This document shows, piece after piece, positions 10,228 to 21,440 of a stretch of 64,000 nt of DNA (positions within the stretch are counted from its first letter, which is position 1; each line of letters begins with the position of its first letter). The notes beneath the pieces were generated by a model, which was not told where the DNA came from, did no database searches, and saw only the letters and a list, made by a program, of their open reading frames with translations. The position numbers were made by a program, and so were the translations under genes. The stretch is from Ylistrum balloti (lineage: Eukaryota), in assembly GCF_031769215.1 (NCBI RefSeq), contig NW_026782328.1, forward strand, positions 1,488,001 to 1,552,000. The letters are read 5' to 3'.

Positions 10228-12085
10228 TTGGGAGGTAGGAAGGGTAGCATGACTAGGGTGGGAAGAGGGAAGGGTAGCATGACTAGGGTGGGAGCTAGGA
10301 AGGGTAGCATGACTAGGGTGGGAGCTAGGAAGGGTAGCATGACTAGGGTGGGAAGAGGGAAGGGTAGCATGACTAGGGTGGGAGCTAGGAAGGGTAGCAT
10401 GACTAGGGTTGGAGCTAGGAAGGGTAGCATGACTAGGGTTGGAGCTAGGAAGGGTAGCATGACTAGGGTGGGAAGGGTAGCATGACTAGGGAGCTAGGAA
10501 GGTAGCATGACTAGGGTGGGAGCTAGGAAGGGTAGCATGACTAGGGTGGGAGCTAGGAAGGGTAGCATGACTAGGGTTGGAGCTAGGAAGGGTAGCATGA
10601 CTAGGGTTGGAGCTAGGAAGGGTAGCATGACTAGGATGGGAAGAGGGAAGGGTAGCATGACTAGGGTGGGAGGTAGGAAGGTTAGCATGACTAGGGTGGG
10701 AGTTAGGAAGGGTAGCATGACTAGGGTGGGAAGAGGGAAGGGTAGCATGACTAGGGTGGGAGCTAGGAAGGTTAGCATGACTAGGGTTGGAGCTAGGAAC
10801 GGTAGCATGACTAGGGTGGGAGGTAGGAAGGTTAGCATGACTAGGTTTGGAAGTAGGAAGGGTAGCATGACTAGGGTGGGAAGAGGGAAGGTTAGCATGT
10901 AGGAATGATAGCATGACTAGGTTCGGAGGTGGGAATGTTAGCATGACTAGGGTAGGGTGTAGGAAGGATAGCATGACTAGGGTGGGAGGTAGGAAGGGTA
11001 GCATGACCAGAGTGGGAGGTAGGAGGGTTAGCATGACTAGGGTTGGTGTCAGGAAGGTTAGCTTTTTCAGGGATGATAATCAGGGTTAAGATGCAGATTC
11101 TGTTAGAGATGTGTACCATGGTTAAGATGAGAGGTCCTGTGAGAGATGTCAACAAGGGTTAAGATGGCAGATTCTGCAAGAAATGTTTAGCAAGGTTAAG
11201 ATAGGAGGTTTTGTGAAAGATATTAAGGGTTAAGATGGGAGGTTGTGGGAGAGATGTTTACCAGGGTTAAGATTCAAGATTCTCTGATAAATTATAAGCA
11301 GGGTTAAGGTGCAAGACTAGAGTTGGAGGTAGGTAGGTTAGAATGACTAGGTTTAATGTAGGAAGGTTGGCATTATCAGGATGGGAGGTAGGAAAGTTAG
11401 CATGACTAGGGTGGGAGGTAGGAAGGCTAGCATGGCTAGGTTTAATGAAGGAAGGGTAACATGAGTTGGACGAGAGATGGAAATGACAGCATGATGTGGG
11501 TTGGAGATAGGAAGGTTGGCATTACTAGAGTGGGATGAAGGAAGGTTAGCATGACTAGGGTATGCTGTAGGAAGGTTCACATAAGTATCTTTGAGGTAGG
11601 AAGGTTAGCATGACTAGAGTGGAAGGTAGGAGGGTTAGCATGACTAAGGTGGGATGAAGGAAGGTTAGCATGATTAAGCATGGAGGTAGGAAAGTTAGCA
11701 TGACTAGGATTGGAGGTAGGAAGATTAGCATTTTCAGAGATAAAAATCAGGGTTAAGATGCGAGATTCTGTTAGAGATGTGTACCATGGATAAGATGTGA
11801 GGTTCTGTGAGAGATGTTAACAATGGTTAAGATGGGAGGTTATGGGAGAGATGTTTACCAGGGTAAAGATTGGACATTTGGTCAGAGATGTTTACCAGGG
11901 TTAAGATTAGACATTTGGTCAGAGATGTTTACCAGGGTTAAGATTAGACATTTGGTCAGAGATGTTTACCAGGCTTAGATTGGCAGTTCCGTTTCAGACG
12001 TTAACCAGGGCTTAGATTGGCCCGTTTCAGACGTTAACCAGGGCTTAGATTGGCAGTTCCATTTCAGACGTTAACCAGGGTTTAG
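10228..12085. repeat. Composite G-rich minisatellite: 30-bp family (GGAAGGGTAGCATGACTAGGGTGGGAGCTA) alternating with a ~37-bp family (GTCAGAGATGTTTACCAGGGTTAAGATTAGACATTTG)
   Basis: The 30-bp period is clean at 10228-11040 and degenerate at about 11320-11730. The second family occupies about 11080-11320 and 11745-12085, with period 37 at 11881/11918/11955. Confidence 0.93.
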
Positions 12086-12814
12086 AAGGAAAGTTATGTT
12101 GAAGATAATCAGGATAACCATGTAAGGATTAAATGCAAGAGTTTTTTTAAGATTGGAGATGAGAAAGATATAAATGTGATTTAAGTGACCAAGATAGATT
12201 ACAGTTTGTATTTAATGATGTGGAATTTCATTAGGGATACAATTGAAGTTCACTAGCATTAAAACAGGTCATTGGAATAAAGGTGATAATTCCTGAGGAA
12301 AATAGTGGGAGGCCAACAAATCTATGGTCGGAATTCAGAGGATTGAGGTGAAAGGTCACTTGAATTAGGATGGGAAACAAGTTAAATGCCCTTGGACTTG
12401 AGTTTGAAAGCAATGATAACTACATTGAGAGGTTATTGGAATTATGGAAGTAACCAGCATTAAGTTGGAACATCACAAGGTATTAGGCAGAAACCCATCG
12501 TGAATTCTGGTGTAAGGTCACCAGGCAGTAGTATTCCTGTCATTACCAATAATTGTATTGTGCATGAAATCAAATTGGATTGATAAGTTTTATTACTTTA
12601 TTCACAGCTTAATGAACACAATGTTGTTGTTAATAAAATTTATAATCAACAGAAATCACAAAACAGACAAAGTTATGTTGTCCTTTTTTCTTTAAATAAT
12701 AATTAGGTAAGTTTTCATCACTATCATCCAGTTATATTTGGAAAAAGCAGAACTTAGATAACCAGAATATGATGTGAGGACCTCTTTTGAAAACAGAGTA
12801 TAGATATAGATGGG

Positions 12815-13467
12815 TTAGCTGTCTTCCGGTGTAGGTTTTACAGTCTCCGTTTTTAACTCCATCAGCTGCACAATTTGTTCATCACTAAAGCAGTCCAAAA
12901 GTTCTGAAGACATGTTAACTCCTATGGTCTGTTTCTGTTTTCTCTGAGACAGTTGCTTTCCTATCATCAGATAATATTTCTGCAATAAAGAGAGACATTT
13001 AAATCTACAAGTAATAATTACTGGATTTTTCTTTTATTTAAAAATGAAAAAAATTAGATATTTCACCAAAATTCTAACTAGAAACTGAAAGTTTTACTTT
13101 AACAAAGTTGTTCTTTAATAAATAGAATCAAGAACAATATTGTAAGATGAATTAATCTGATTTGATACACAATACATACTTAGTATGTACTAACATACTA
13201 TGTACAACAGAAACAGCCTTACAGAAACAAATCTTTGTACTACATTAAATAATCTGTGAAAAGATTTAACGAGGTAAAAAAGGAAACCCCTACTGTCCAC
13301 TCGTCCATAAACACCTCTGCTTCTGCTGAGGTGATGTTTTTGTGTCTTTTAAATTCGTCCTTCACATATTGGTCTCCAATGGCCTTGAAATTCAGAGGTA
13401 AACCACGATGCAGCTTTAAAATAGCCTTATACAGGGCCCGTACCCGTGCTCCTTGTGTACTACTCAT
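12815..13467 (-). CDS. SDHAF3: Succinate dehydrogenase assembly factor 3, mitochondrial (ACN9/Sdh7; LYR-motif protein), 112 aa
   Basis: complement(join(12815..12979,13294..13467)). Exon 1 is MSSTQGARVRALYKAILKLHRGLPLNFKAIGDQYVKDEFKRHK...FMDEWT. Exon 2 is KYYLMIGKQL...LLDCFSDEQIVQLMELKTETVKP. A 5' non-coding exon has its donor at 14287 and its acceptor at 13469. Confidence 0.95.
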
Positions 13468-14287
13468 TCTAACAAATAAAACTACTGGTCAGAAATATGT
13501 AAGTTTTGATTTGTCAAACATCAGTTACACCTTTAGTGATTTGATTTCCATACTTCTCAAAGGATTATTGACATCTGTAAAATACAAAATAGTTAGGATA
13601 TAATTAAGTGTGTTTTGAAAGAGTAAATTAGTTATTTTCAGATTATATTGACTATTGATGAGTTTCTTTTTTTAACAGCTAGTGATACTGATAACTTTTT
13701 CTTTTGTGATACTGTTATGCACAATAACATGTAAATGCTTGTTTCACAAGTAAACAGGTAGTCATTATTACTGAACTATGACTTGTCACTATTGCAGAAA
13801 ATGTCTTAAAATAATCTCATTTGTAAATTCAGCATCCTTTAAAATGAGAAGTCTTCTGCCTGTACTTAAAGATACGTGTACACATGTTGAGTAAGCAGTA
13901 TATTTAGTACGTCCAACAACATATGGCCTACAGAGTTACTGCCCTTTCAAGAATATTTGACCAACCAATGTGAAACATTGTATAACACGGCTAACTATGT
14001 ATAAAGCAGAATAAGTACATTCGTGCTTTGATCTACATGAAGACGTAGATACACATGATTTTCTAATGAGAAAGCTACAGTTAGGCAAACCCGTTCCTCT
14101 TGCACAAATACAATGTACCATTAAACAATCAGCTGATAACAGTCGTTACCATCAGTTTTGCCCGCATAGGTGACTGACGGGGTAAATTGTTTAAGTTTGG
14201 TTTATTACATGAACGGACTTGACGGTTAAAGTAAGGTTATTATTCAATTAATTTCCCGTTTGTAATAAAATTATATATTTATCTTAC

Positions 14288-14420
14288 CTGATTCTGCCGG
14301 TTTAACTTTCCTTGTAGCATTACATAAGTAAATCTGAAAGTAGAATTAGCCTCGCTTTCATATAATTCCTACTTCCGTTTGATTTATTGGGGCTCGCTGA
14401 AGGGTTTTCATTCATGGTAA
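14288..14420 (-). promoter_or_regulatory. Probable SDHAF3 first (non-coding) exon and promoter
   Basis: A minus-strand donor CAG|GTAAGA lies at 14287 and an ETS-like ACTTCCG at 14371-14377. The TSS cannot be determined from sequence. Confidence 0.5.
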
Positions 14421-14883
14421 CGGAATCCTCGACTGTACCTAAACTACTTCGTGTTTTCCACTAATTACATAACTTTGTATTTTCCACTGGCACAAAATTG
14501 ACTAAACTCTTACATACATATTCTGATAGATTATCAGACTCGCATTGGATTTCTGACAAGGCATTGGCTTTCTCTCTCTAGAAAGGATTTTTTAAAAATA
14601 TTTCCCAACTTCCTTTAGTGTTTTCCTATCAAGATCATACAAAAGTTCAGTTTCACAGGTTATCCTATATCCTAGAACCGTCAAATATTATTCTGATCCA
14701 TTTCACTTTTAGGTCTTTAATGAAAGAAAAATTATGGGTCATGTTAAGTACAACATAAATCGATCTCTTCAAATAAACCCCCCCCCCCCCCCCCCCCCCC
14801 CCGTTCCATGTTTTCTGTATCGAATGAAAATATTATACCCAGCAATTTTAAGTTTGCATTTGGCCTGGTAGTCTTCAGATCAG

Positions 14884-15122
14884 GCCCCACTTGTATAAAA
14901 CATCTCAACTTGAGATTTCCTAAAGTCGAGATTTTCCTCAGCTAATATCTCCTTGAAAATATCTTGTATGAAAATTCCGCAAGGAATTTCAGGAAATCCT
15001 AGCCGATGCCTTCCTCCTGTTCCTTGAGAAAATTTTATACAAGCCGTTTTTGAGGAGATATCAGCTTAGGAAAATCTCGACTTGAGGAAATCTCAAGTTG
15101 AGATGTTTTATACAAGTGGGGC
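14884..15122. mobile_element. 239-bp MITE with long terminal inverted repeats and a CAG target-site duplication (PIF/Harbinger-like)
   Basis: The TIR GCCCCACTTGTATAAAACATCTCAACTTGAGATTTCCT matches its reverse complement at the right end. CAG flanks it at 14881-14883 and 15123-15125. Confidence 0.88.
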
Positions 15123-16928
15123 CAGGTCATATTCTTTCAGTTGAAAGCTTTTTATTTCCTATCCAGTACAGAGTAGACTTTTGTAAATTTATCTTAAGTC
15201 CTAATACTTTGGCAAAATCTTCCAATAACTCAACTGCAGTGTATAAAGATTGACTATTGCCATCAAGTAGAAGATATACATCGTCAGCATATTGACCAAG
15301 AAGGAATCAGCTTTCTGTTATAACTACACTTTTCATATTATTATTGGATTTCATTGATCAGGATAGAAGTTCAACTCCAATACAAAACATATCTGGTGAC
15401 AATGGGTCGCTAGACGACAATCTGGACCCAAGTCAAAGAAAGCTGATAAGTGACCATTGTTAAGTATACAGCTTTTTATAATCTATATGTTTTTTTAACC
15501 CATTCGCATAAAGACTATCCAAAGTTAAAAGATTTCAAAACCTTATTAATAAAACTCTACTCAATTGAGTCAAATGCTTTTTTTCAAATTCCAAAATAAA
15601 CAAGAGTCTTGATTTACTTTTTTCTTCTAATAATGTCATTAAGTCATAGAGAAGACTGGTTTGTCCCCTATGAACCTACCTTTGATAAAACCTGTTTGTG
15701 TTTCACTTACAAGTTTTCGGAGAACATTTTTAATTCTATCGGCTATAGCTGCAGTTGCAATCTTAAAGTTTATATTTAATAAAGAAATTGGTCGCCATTT
15801 GTCCTTATCCTCAAATGGAATACAAGAAATAATTCCTTGATTTTGAAAATCAGGCAACTGACCTGTGTTTTATGCATAATTAAATGATCTACGTACGAAA
15901 ACTCCTCGGTCCCTCTAAAAAAATTGTAGAATTTTGTACTGAAACCATCTGACCCTGGACTTTTCCTATTATCAATACATTTCAATACTTTTGCTAGTTC
16001 TTACAGTTTTAGTTCTCCTTCACAACTATTCTTATCACTGTTGTTTAGTTTAATATTATGTTGAAAAAAATAGAATTTTCTAATTGTGTAAAATCATGTT
16101 GTTTCGATGTATAAAGATTCTCAAAAAAAAAAGTCACTGTTTCAAGTATCTCCCCTTGGTCATCCAATAAGCCCCCAGCATCTGTTGTTAATTCAGTAAT
16201 ACTTTTGTTTACAAAATGACGCTTTTATAAATCACAAAAATACTTTGTTGCATTGTCCCTATTTTTTTTATACCAGTTTGTTTTTGACCGTAAAATAAGA
16301 CCCTCCACTTTACTTTTCCTAATAGATTCCAGTTCCAGTTGTTTGTTATTGAATTCTCTCCATAAACCTCCACTAGGACTCTGATTCATCTGTCTAGTTT
16401 TTCTATTTCTATCTCTAATTTTCTCTCAAGTGTGCTTTTGAGATAGAATAAGAAATTGAGAGTGAACGAATTTTAACCTTTAACAGTTGATCATTTACCC
16501 TCACCACAATATTTTGTATGTTATTTCTGTTTCCTTTTACAATATATTCATCTACAGTCTCTACAATTCAGTTCCTGACTTGTTGTACAGAAGTTAAATC
16601 TTCTAAGAGAGAAGCATTATGTTTCCATTATCCTCTACCACGTTCTACTTTACTGAACTCGACATCTAATATTATACAAGAGTGGCCTGTTCTGTAACCA
16701 GGTTGGATTTTTTAATCTTTTGTTTTTAAATAGATGTCATCTGAAACCAAAATAATAATCTAACTTGGTTTGTCGAATAAGTTTTTTTGCCTCTTGTAAA
16801 GTATCTTAAATTTGGGTAAAACACCTCCAGGGGTCTATAAGGTCATATGTAGTAATTATATTTTTGATTACTTGTTGAGATTTTGGGTTCTTGTTGTGAA
16901 GAATATAACGTGTATTTATTTCTCTGTT

Positions 16929-17093
16929 CTGTAACGTGCTCCAGTCACCTTATATCATCATCTGTAACGTGTTCCAGTCACCTTATATCATCATCTGTAA
17001 CGTGTTCCAGTCACCTTATATCATCATCTGTAACGTGTTCCAGTCACCTTATATCATTATCTGTAACGTGTTCCAGTCACCTGATATCATCAA
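16929..17093. repeat. 33-bp minisatellite, 5 copies, inside the LINE endonuclease domain
   Basis: CTGTAACGTGTTCCAGTCACCTTATATCATCAT starts at 16929, 16962, 16995, 17028 and 17061. Confidence 0.95.
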
Positions 17094-17605
17094 TGCACTA
17101 TTGTTGAAAACTTGTAAGGTTGACAGAAAGTTCTCAAAGAATATAGAAGAATCTTGATTTGGCCCATTTTTACTTGCTAATGACAATCTATTTTTATTTA
17201 TTGAAATATCAAGTACAATAAGCTTTCCCTGATGTTATCCATTCTGTAGTGCCATATATAACATTCTCGAATGTATATCTCAGAAATATAGCTACCCCTA
17301 CTGATGTTGAAGCGTGATTACGAAAATACATTTATATCCCCATTCTCTTTCTTACATTTTTCTGTACTGTATAAAATGTGTTTCTTGCAAACATATGATA
17401 TGAAAATGTTTCTTTTTTGTCCAATGAAATATATCTCTTCTTTTTATCCTGTTTGAGTTAAGTCCCCTTACATTTGGTTAAACATGGTTACTGTGACTAC
17501 ACTAAATATTCTGATTTATCATCAAATTGATTTTAGTTTATGAATATAGATTGTAGAAGTAAACAGTAACAATAAAAACATTAAAAAAAACAAACATACA
17601 AAATG

Positions 17606-18980
17606 AAAACACTCAGATGTCAAATTAGACCTCCAGGATATCCAAACACTCAGATGTCAAATTAGACCTCCAGGATATCCAAACACTCAGATGTCAAATT
17701 AGACCTCCAGGATATCCAAATACTCAGATGTCAAATTAGACCTCCAGGATATCCAAACACTCAGATGTCAAATTAGACCTCCAGGATATCCAAACACTCA
17801 GATGTCAAATTAGACCTCCAGGATATCCAAACACTCAGATGTCAAATAAGACCTTCATGATATCCAAATACTCAGATGTCAAATTAGACCTCCAGGATAT
17901 CCAAACACTCAGATGTCAAATTAGACCTCCAGGATATCCAAACACTCAGATGTCAAATTAGACCTCCAGGATATCCAAATACTCAGATGTCAAATGTCAA
18001 ATTAAACCTCCAGGATATCCAAATCCAAACACTCAGATGTCAGAATTAGACCTCCAGGATATCCAAACACTCAGATGTCCAGGATATCCAAACACTCAGA
18101 TGTCAAATTAGACCTCCAGGATATCCAAACAGATGTCAAATTCAGATGTCAAATTAGATGTCAAATTAGACCTCCAGGATATCCAAATACTCAGATGTCA
18201 AATTAGACCTCCAGGATATCCAAATACTCAGATGTCAAATTAGACCTCCAGGATATCCAAATACTCAGATGTCAAATTAGACCTCCAGGATATCCAAACA
18301 CTCAGATGTCAAATTAGACCTCCAGGATATCCAAATACTCAGATGTCAAAGTAGACCTCCAGGATATCCAAATACTCAGATGTCAAATTAGACCTCCAGG
18401 ATATCCAAACACTCAGATGTCAAATTAGACCTCCAGGATATCCAAACACTCAGATGTCAAATTAGACCTCCAGGATATCCAAATACTCAGATGTCAAATT
18501 AGACCTCCAGGATATCCAAATACTCAGATGTCAAATTAGACCTCCAGGATATCCAAATACTCAGATGTCAAATAAGACCTCCAGGATATCCAAACACTCA
18601 GATGTCAAATTAGACCTCCAGGATATCCAAATACTCAGATGTCAAATTAGACCTCCAGGATATCCAAACACTCAGATGTCAAATTAGACCTCCAGGATAT
18701 CCAAATACTCAGATGTCAAAGTAGACCTCCAGGATATCCAAATACTCAGATGTCAAATTAGACCTCCAGGATATCCAAACACTCAGATGTCAAATTAGAC
18801 CTCCAGGATATCCAAACACTCAGATGTCAAATAAGACCTTCATGATATCCAAATACTCAGATGTCAAATTAGACCTCCAGGATATCCAAATACTCAGATG
18901 TCAAATTAGACCTCCAGGATATCCAAACACTCAGATGTCAAATTAGACCTCCAGGATATCCAAATACTCAGATGTCAAAA
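17606..18980. repeat. 37-bp minisatellite, about 37 copies
   Basis: The unit is AAACACTCAGATGTCAAATTAGACCTCCAGGATATCC, with an EcoRV GATATC site in each copy. Confidence 0.97.
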
Positions 18981-20077
18981 ATAGACAGTCTGAACAACAG
19001 AACACTCAGATGTCAAATAAGTCAGAACACTCAAATGTCGGATTGACAGGCATAATGGTACATACATATACTGCCTTTGAAGAATCATATACCATATCTA
19101 CCTGATGTATACTTTACATACAAAAAACAATATTCGCTGAGGATAAGGATGAACAAAGGGAAAGTGCATAAAATAACTAGCAGATCCCAACCAGAATTTG
19201 CAAATAACTAATATATTCCCATACATGTTTACAAGTACAAACTTCACCGACCATTGCTAGAAGTGATACATATGTATGTAGATGTTGATATACTGATAAA
19301 ATCTTATATCCCATACACATTGTACTCCATTTTTTTTCTTTTGTTTTTGTTTTTGATTCACATCCTTTGTAATACACTCAGAATGATTAACAGAATATAA
19401 CATTATATACACAACATTACACAATGAGTCTCCCTCCTCCCGAATACATTGTACAACAGAGTGAAACAGATCAACTGGATTCCTCACGCCATTGTACATC
19501 GTGAAAACTCCACCATTAAAATACCATGCATTCTCAATCTGTTGATAAGGCCAGCATTTTATTTTGTTACACCAGTCTCATTGTTACGTGTAAGCTGAAT
19601 GACTTTTAGACATAATGTCAGTCGACTAAAATCCTCATAGCTAAAAGATATAACATATAATTAACTGAGTCTTACATTCGCTTCCATTTCAATTAAGAAA
19701 TTTATGAAACTTGCGCCTGTTCATGTCACTTCGTCTTGTTTCATAAATCTCATATGAAGTGGAAACTCTTGCAAGATTCTCCATGTATGGAAAGAAAATG
19801 AAGAAAACAAGCATAAAAATATATTTCTAGCCGACATGAAGGTCCAGGTGAGTTTATGTAGTATCAGTCCATCGTCCGCCTTCATGCAGACCAAATTATT
19901 TATTACAAACATTACTAATACCAAAATAATATCATATGGACCTGTTACAATATTTTTTCCATACCAACGTTTCCGATTTCTGTTTTATTTTAAGAGTAAG
20001 TGAGAAAGAACTAAATTCAAGAATTCAATGATATCTGAGCCCTGATTCTATTACAGAATGTAATTAAGGATATAAAT

Positions 20078-21090
20078 TAGTAAGTGGAATACTATAGAGA
20101 TAGAAATTAGTCAGTGGAACACTAAAGTGATAGAAGCTAGTCAGTGGAACACGAAAGTGATAGAAGTTAGTCAGTGGAACACTAAAGTGATAGAAGTCAG
20201 TCAGCGGAACACTAAAGTGATAGAAATTAGTCAGTGGAACACTAAAGTGATAGAAGTTAGTCAGTGGAACACTAAAGTGATAGAAGTTAGTCAGTGGAAC
20301 ACTAAGTGATAGAAGTTAGTCAGTGGAACACTAAAATGATAGAAGTTAGTCAGTGAAACACTAAAGTCATAGAAATTAGTCAGTGGAACATTAAAGCGAT
20401 AAAAAATAGTCAGAGGAACACTAAAGGGAAAGAAATTAGTCAGTGGAACACGAAAGTCATAGAAATTAGTCAGTGGAACATTAAAGCGATAAAAATTAGT
20501 CAGAGGAGCACTAAAGTGATAGAAATTAGTCAGTGGAACACTAAAGTGATAGAAGTTAGACAATGAAAACTGAAGTTATAGTAATTAGTCTGTGGAACAC
20601 TAAAGTGATAGAAATTAGTCAGTAGAACACTAAAGTGATATAAGTTAGTCAGTGGAACACTAAAGCGGTAGACGTTAGTCAGTGGAATACTAGAGTGATA
20701 GAAATTAGTCAGCGGAACACTAAAGTGATAGAAATTAGTCAGTAGAACACTAAAGTGATATAGGTTAGTCAGTGGAACACTAAAGCGGTAGACGTTAGTC
20801 AGTGGAATACTAGAGTGATAGAAATTAGTCAGCGGAACACTAAAGTGGTAGAAGTTAGTCAGTGGAACACTAAAGTTATAGCAATTAGTTAGTAAAACAC
20901 TAAAGTGATTGAAATTAGTCAGTGGAATACTAAAGTGATAGAAGTTAGTCGGTAGAACAATAAAGTTATAGAAATTAGTCAGTGGAACACTAAAGTGATA
21001 TAAGTTTGTCGGTGGAACACAAAAGTGATATAAATTAGTCAGTAGAACACTAAAGTAATAGAAATTAGTCAGTGGAACACTAAAGTAATC
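20078..21090. repeat. 30-bp minisatellite, about 33 copies
   Basis: The unit is CACTAAAGTGATAGAAGTTAGTCAGTGGAA. It is unrelated to the 30-bp family at 10.2 kb. Confidence 0.97.
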
Positions 21091-21440
21091 GCTAAGCAGA
21101 TATTCAATTTGCTTAAATTGGCAGACACATTTAATGGTCAAACGACTTTAATCAAAAAGAGTAACTGGAAGCAAAGACGAGTAAGACGTGCGTGTAGAAG
21201 GAAGCGAGTTATATTGAAATAACGTCACCAAGATTATTTTGATTTTGAAGTTGGCAAGTTGAAATCTTCAAACAAATACCTATACATAAAATGCTGAATA
21301 CAGAATAATAATTTTTTTTTATCATGTAGAAACATTTCAAAATCATTAAGTGACCGTCAGTTGACTATGTTCAATCCAGTTTTGTTTCGCTTCCTTTGTG
21401 TCATAAACATTAAAAAGTGAATGGATGTAAAACTATCTCC

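Larger units (their letters stand above)
14500..17520 (-). mobile_element. Decayed L1/Tx1-type LINE ORF2 (APE endonuclease plus reverse transcriptase), with many stops and frameshifts
   Basis: Minus-strand motifs appear in the expected order: NVKG, IICLQETHF, ISGDWNT, SPGSDGFSTKFYNFF, WRPISLLNINFKIATAAIADRIKNVL...QTGFIKGRFIGD, EKAFDSIE, QYADD (15280-15291), GLKINLQKS, KLLGIIF, KNPF. Confidence 0.9.

Noticed and set aside
10218-11580. Long ORFs such as (MTRVGARKGS)n and (PSHATLPSSH)n
   Set aside because: They are translations of the 30-bp minisatellite, open in several frames on both strands, with no splice context.
20127-21141. ORFs (NFYHFSVPLT)n and (VIEVSQWNTK)n
   Set aside because: They are products of a 30-bp unit that is a multiple of 3, broken by indels.
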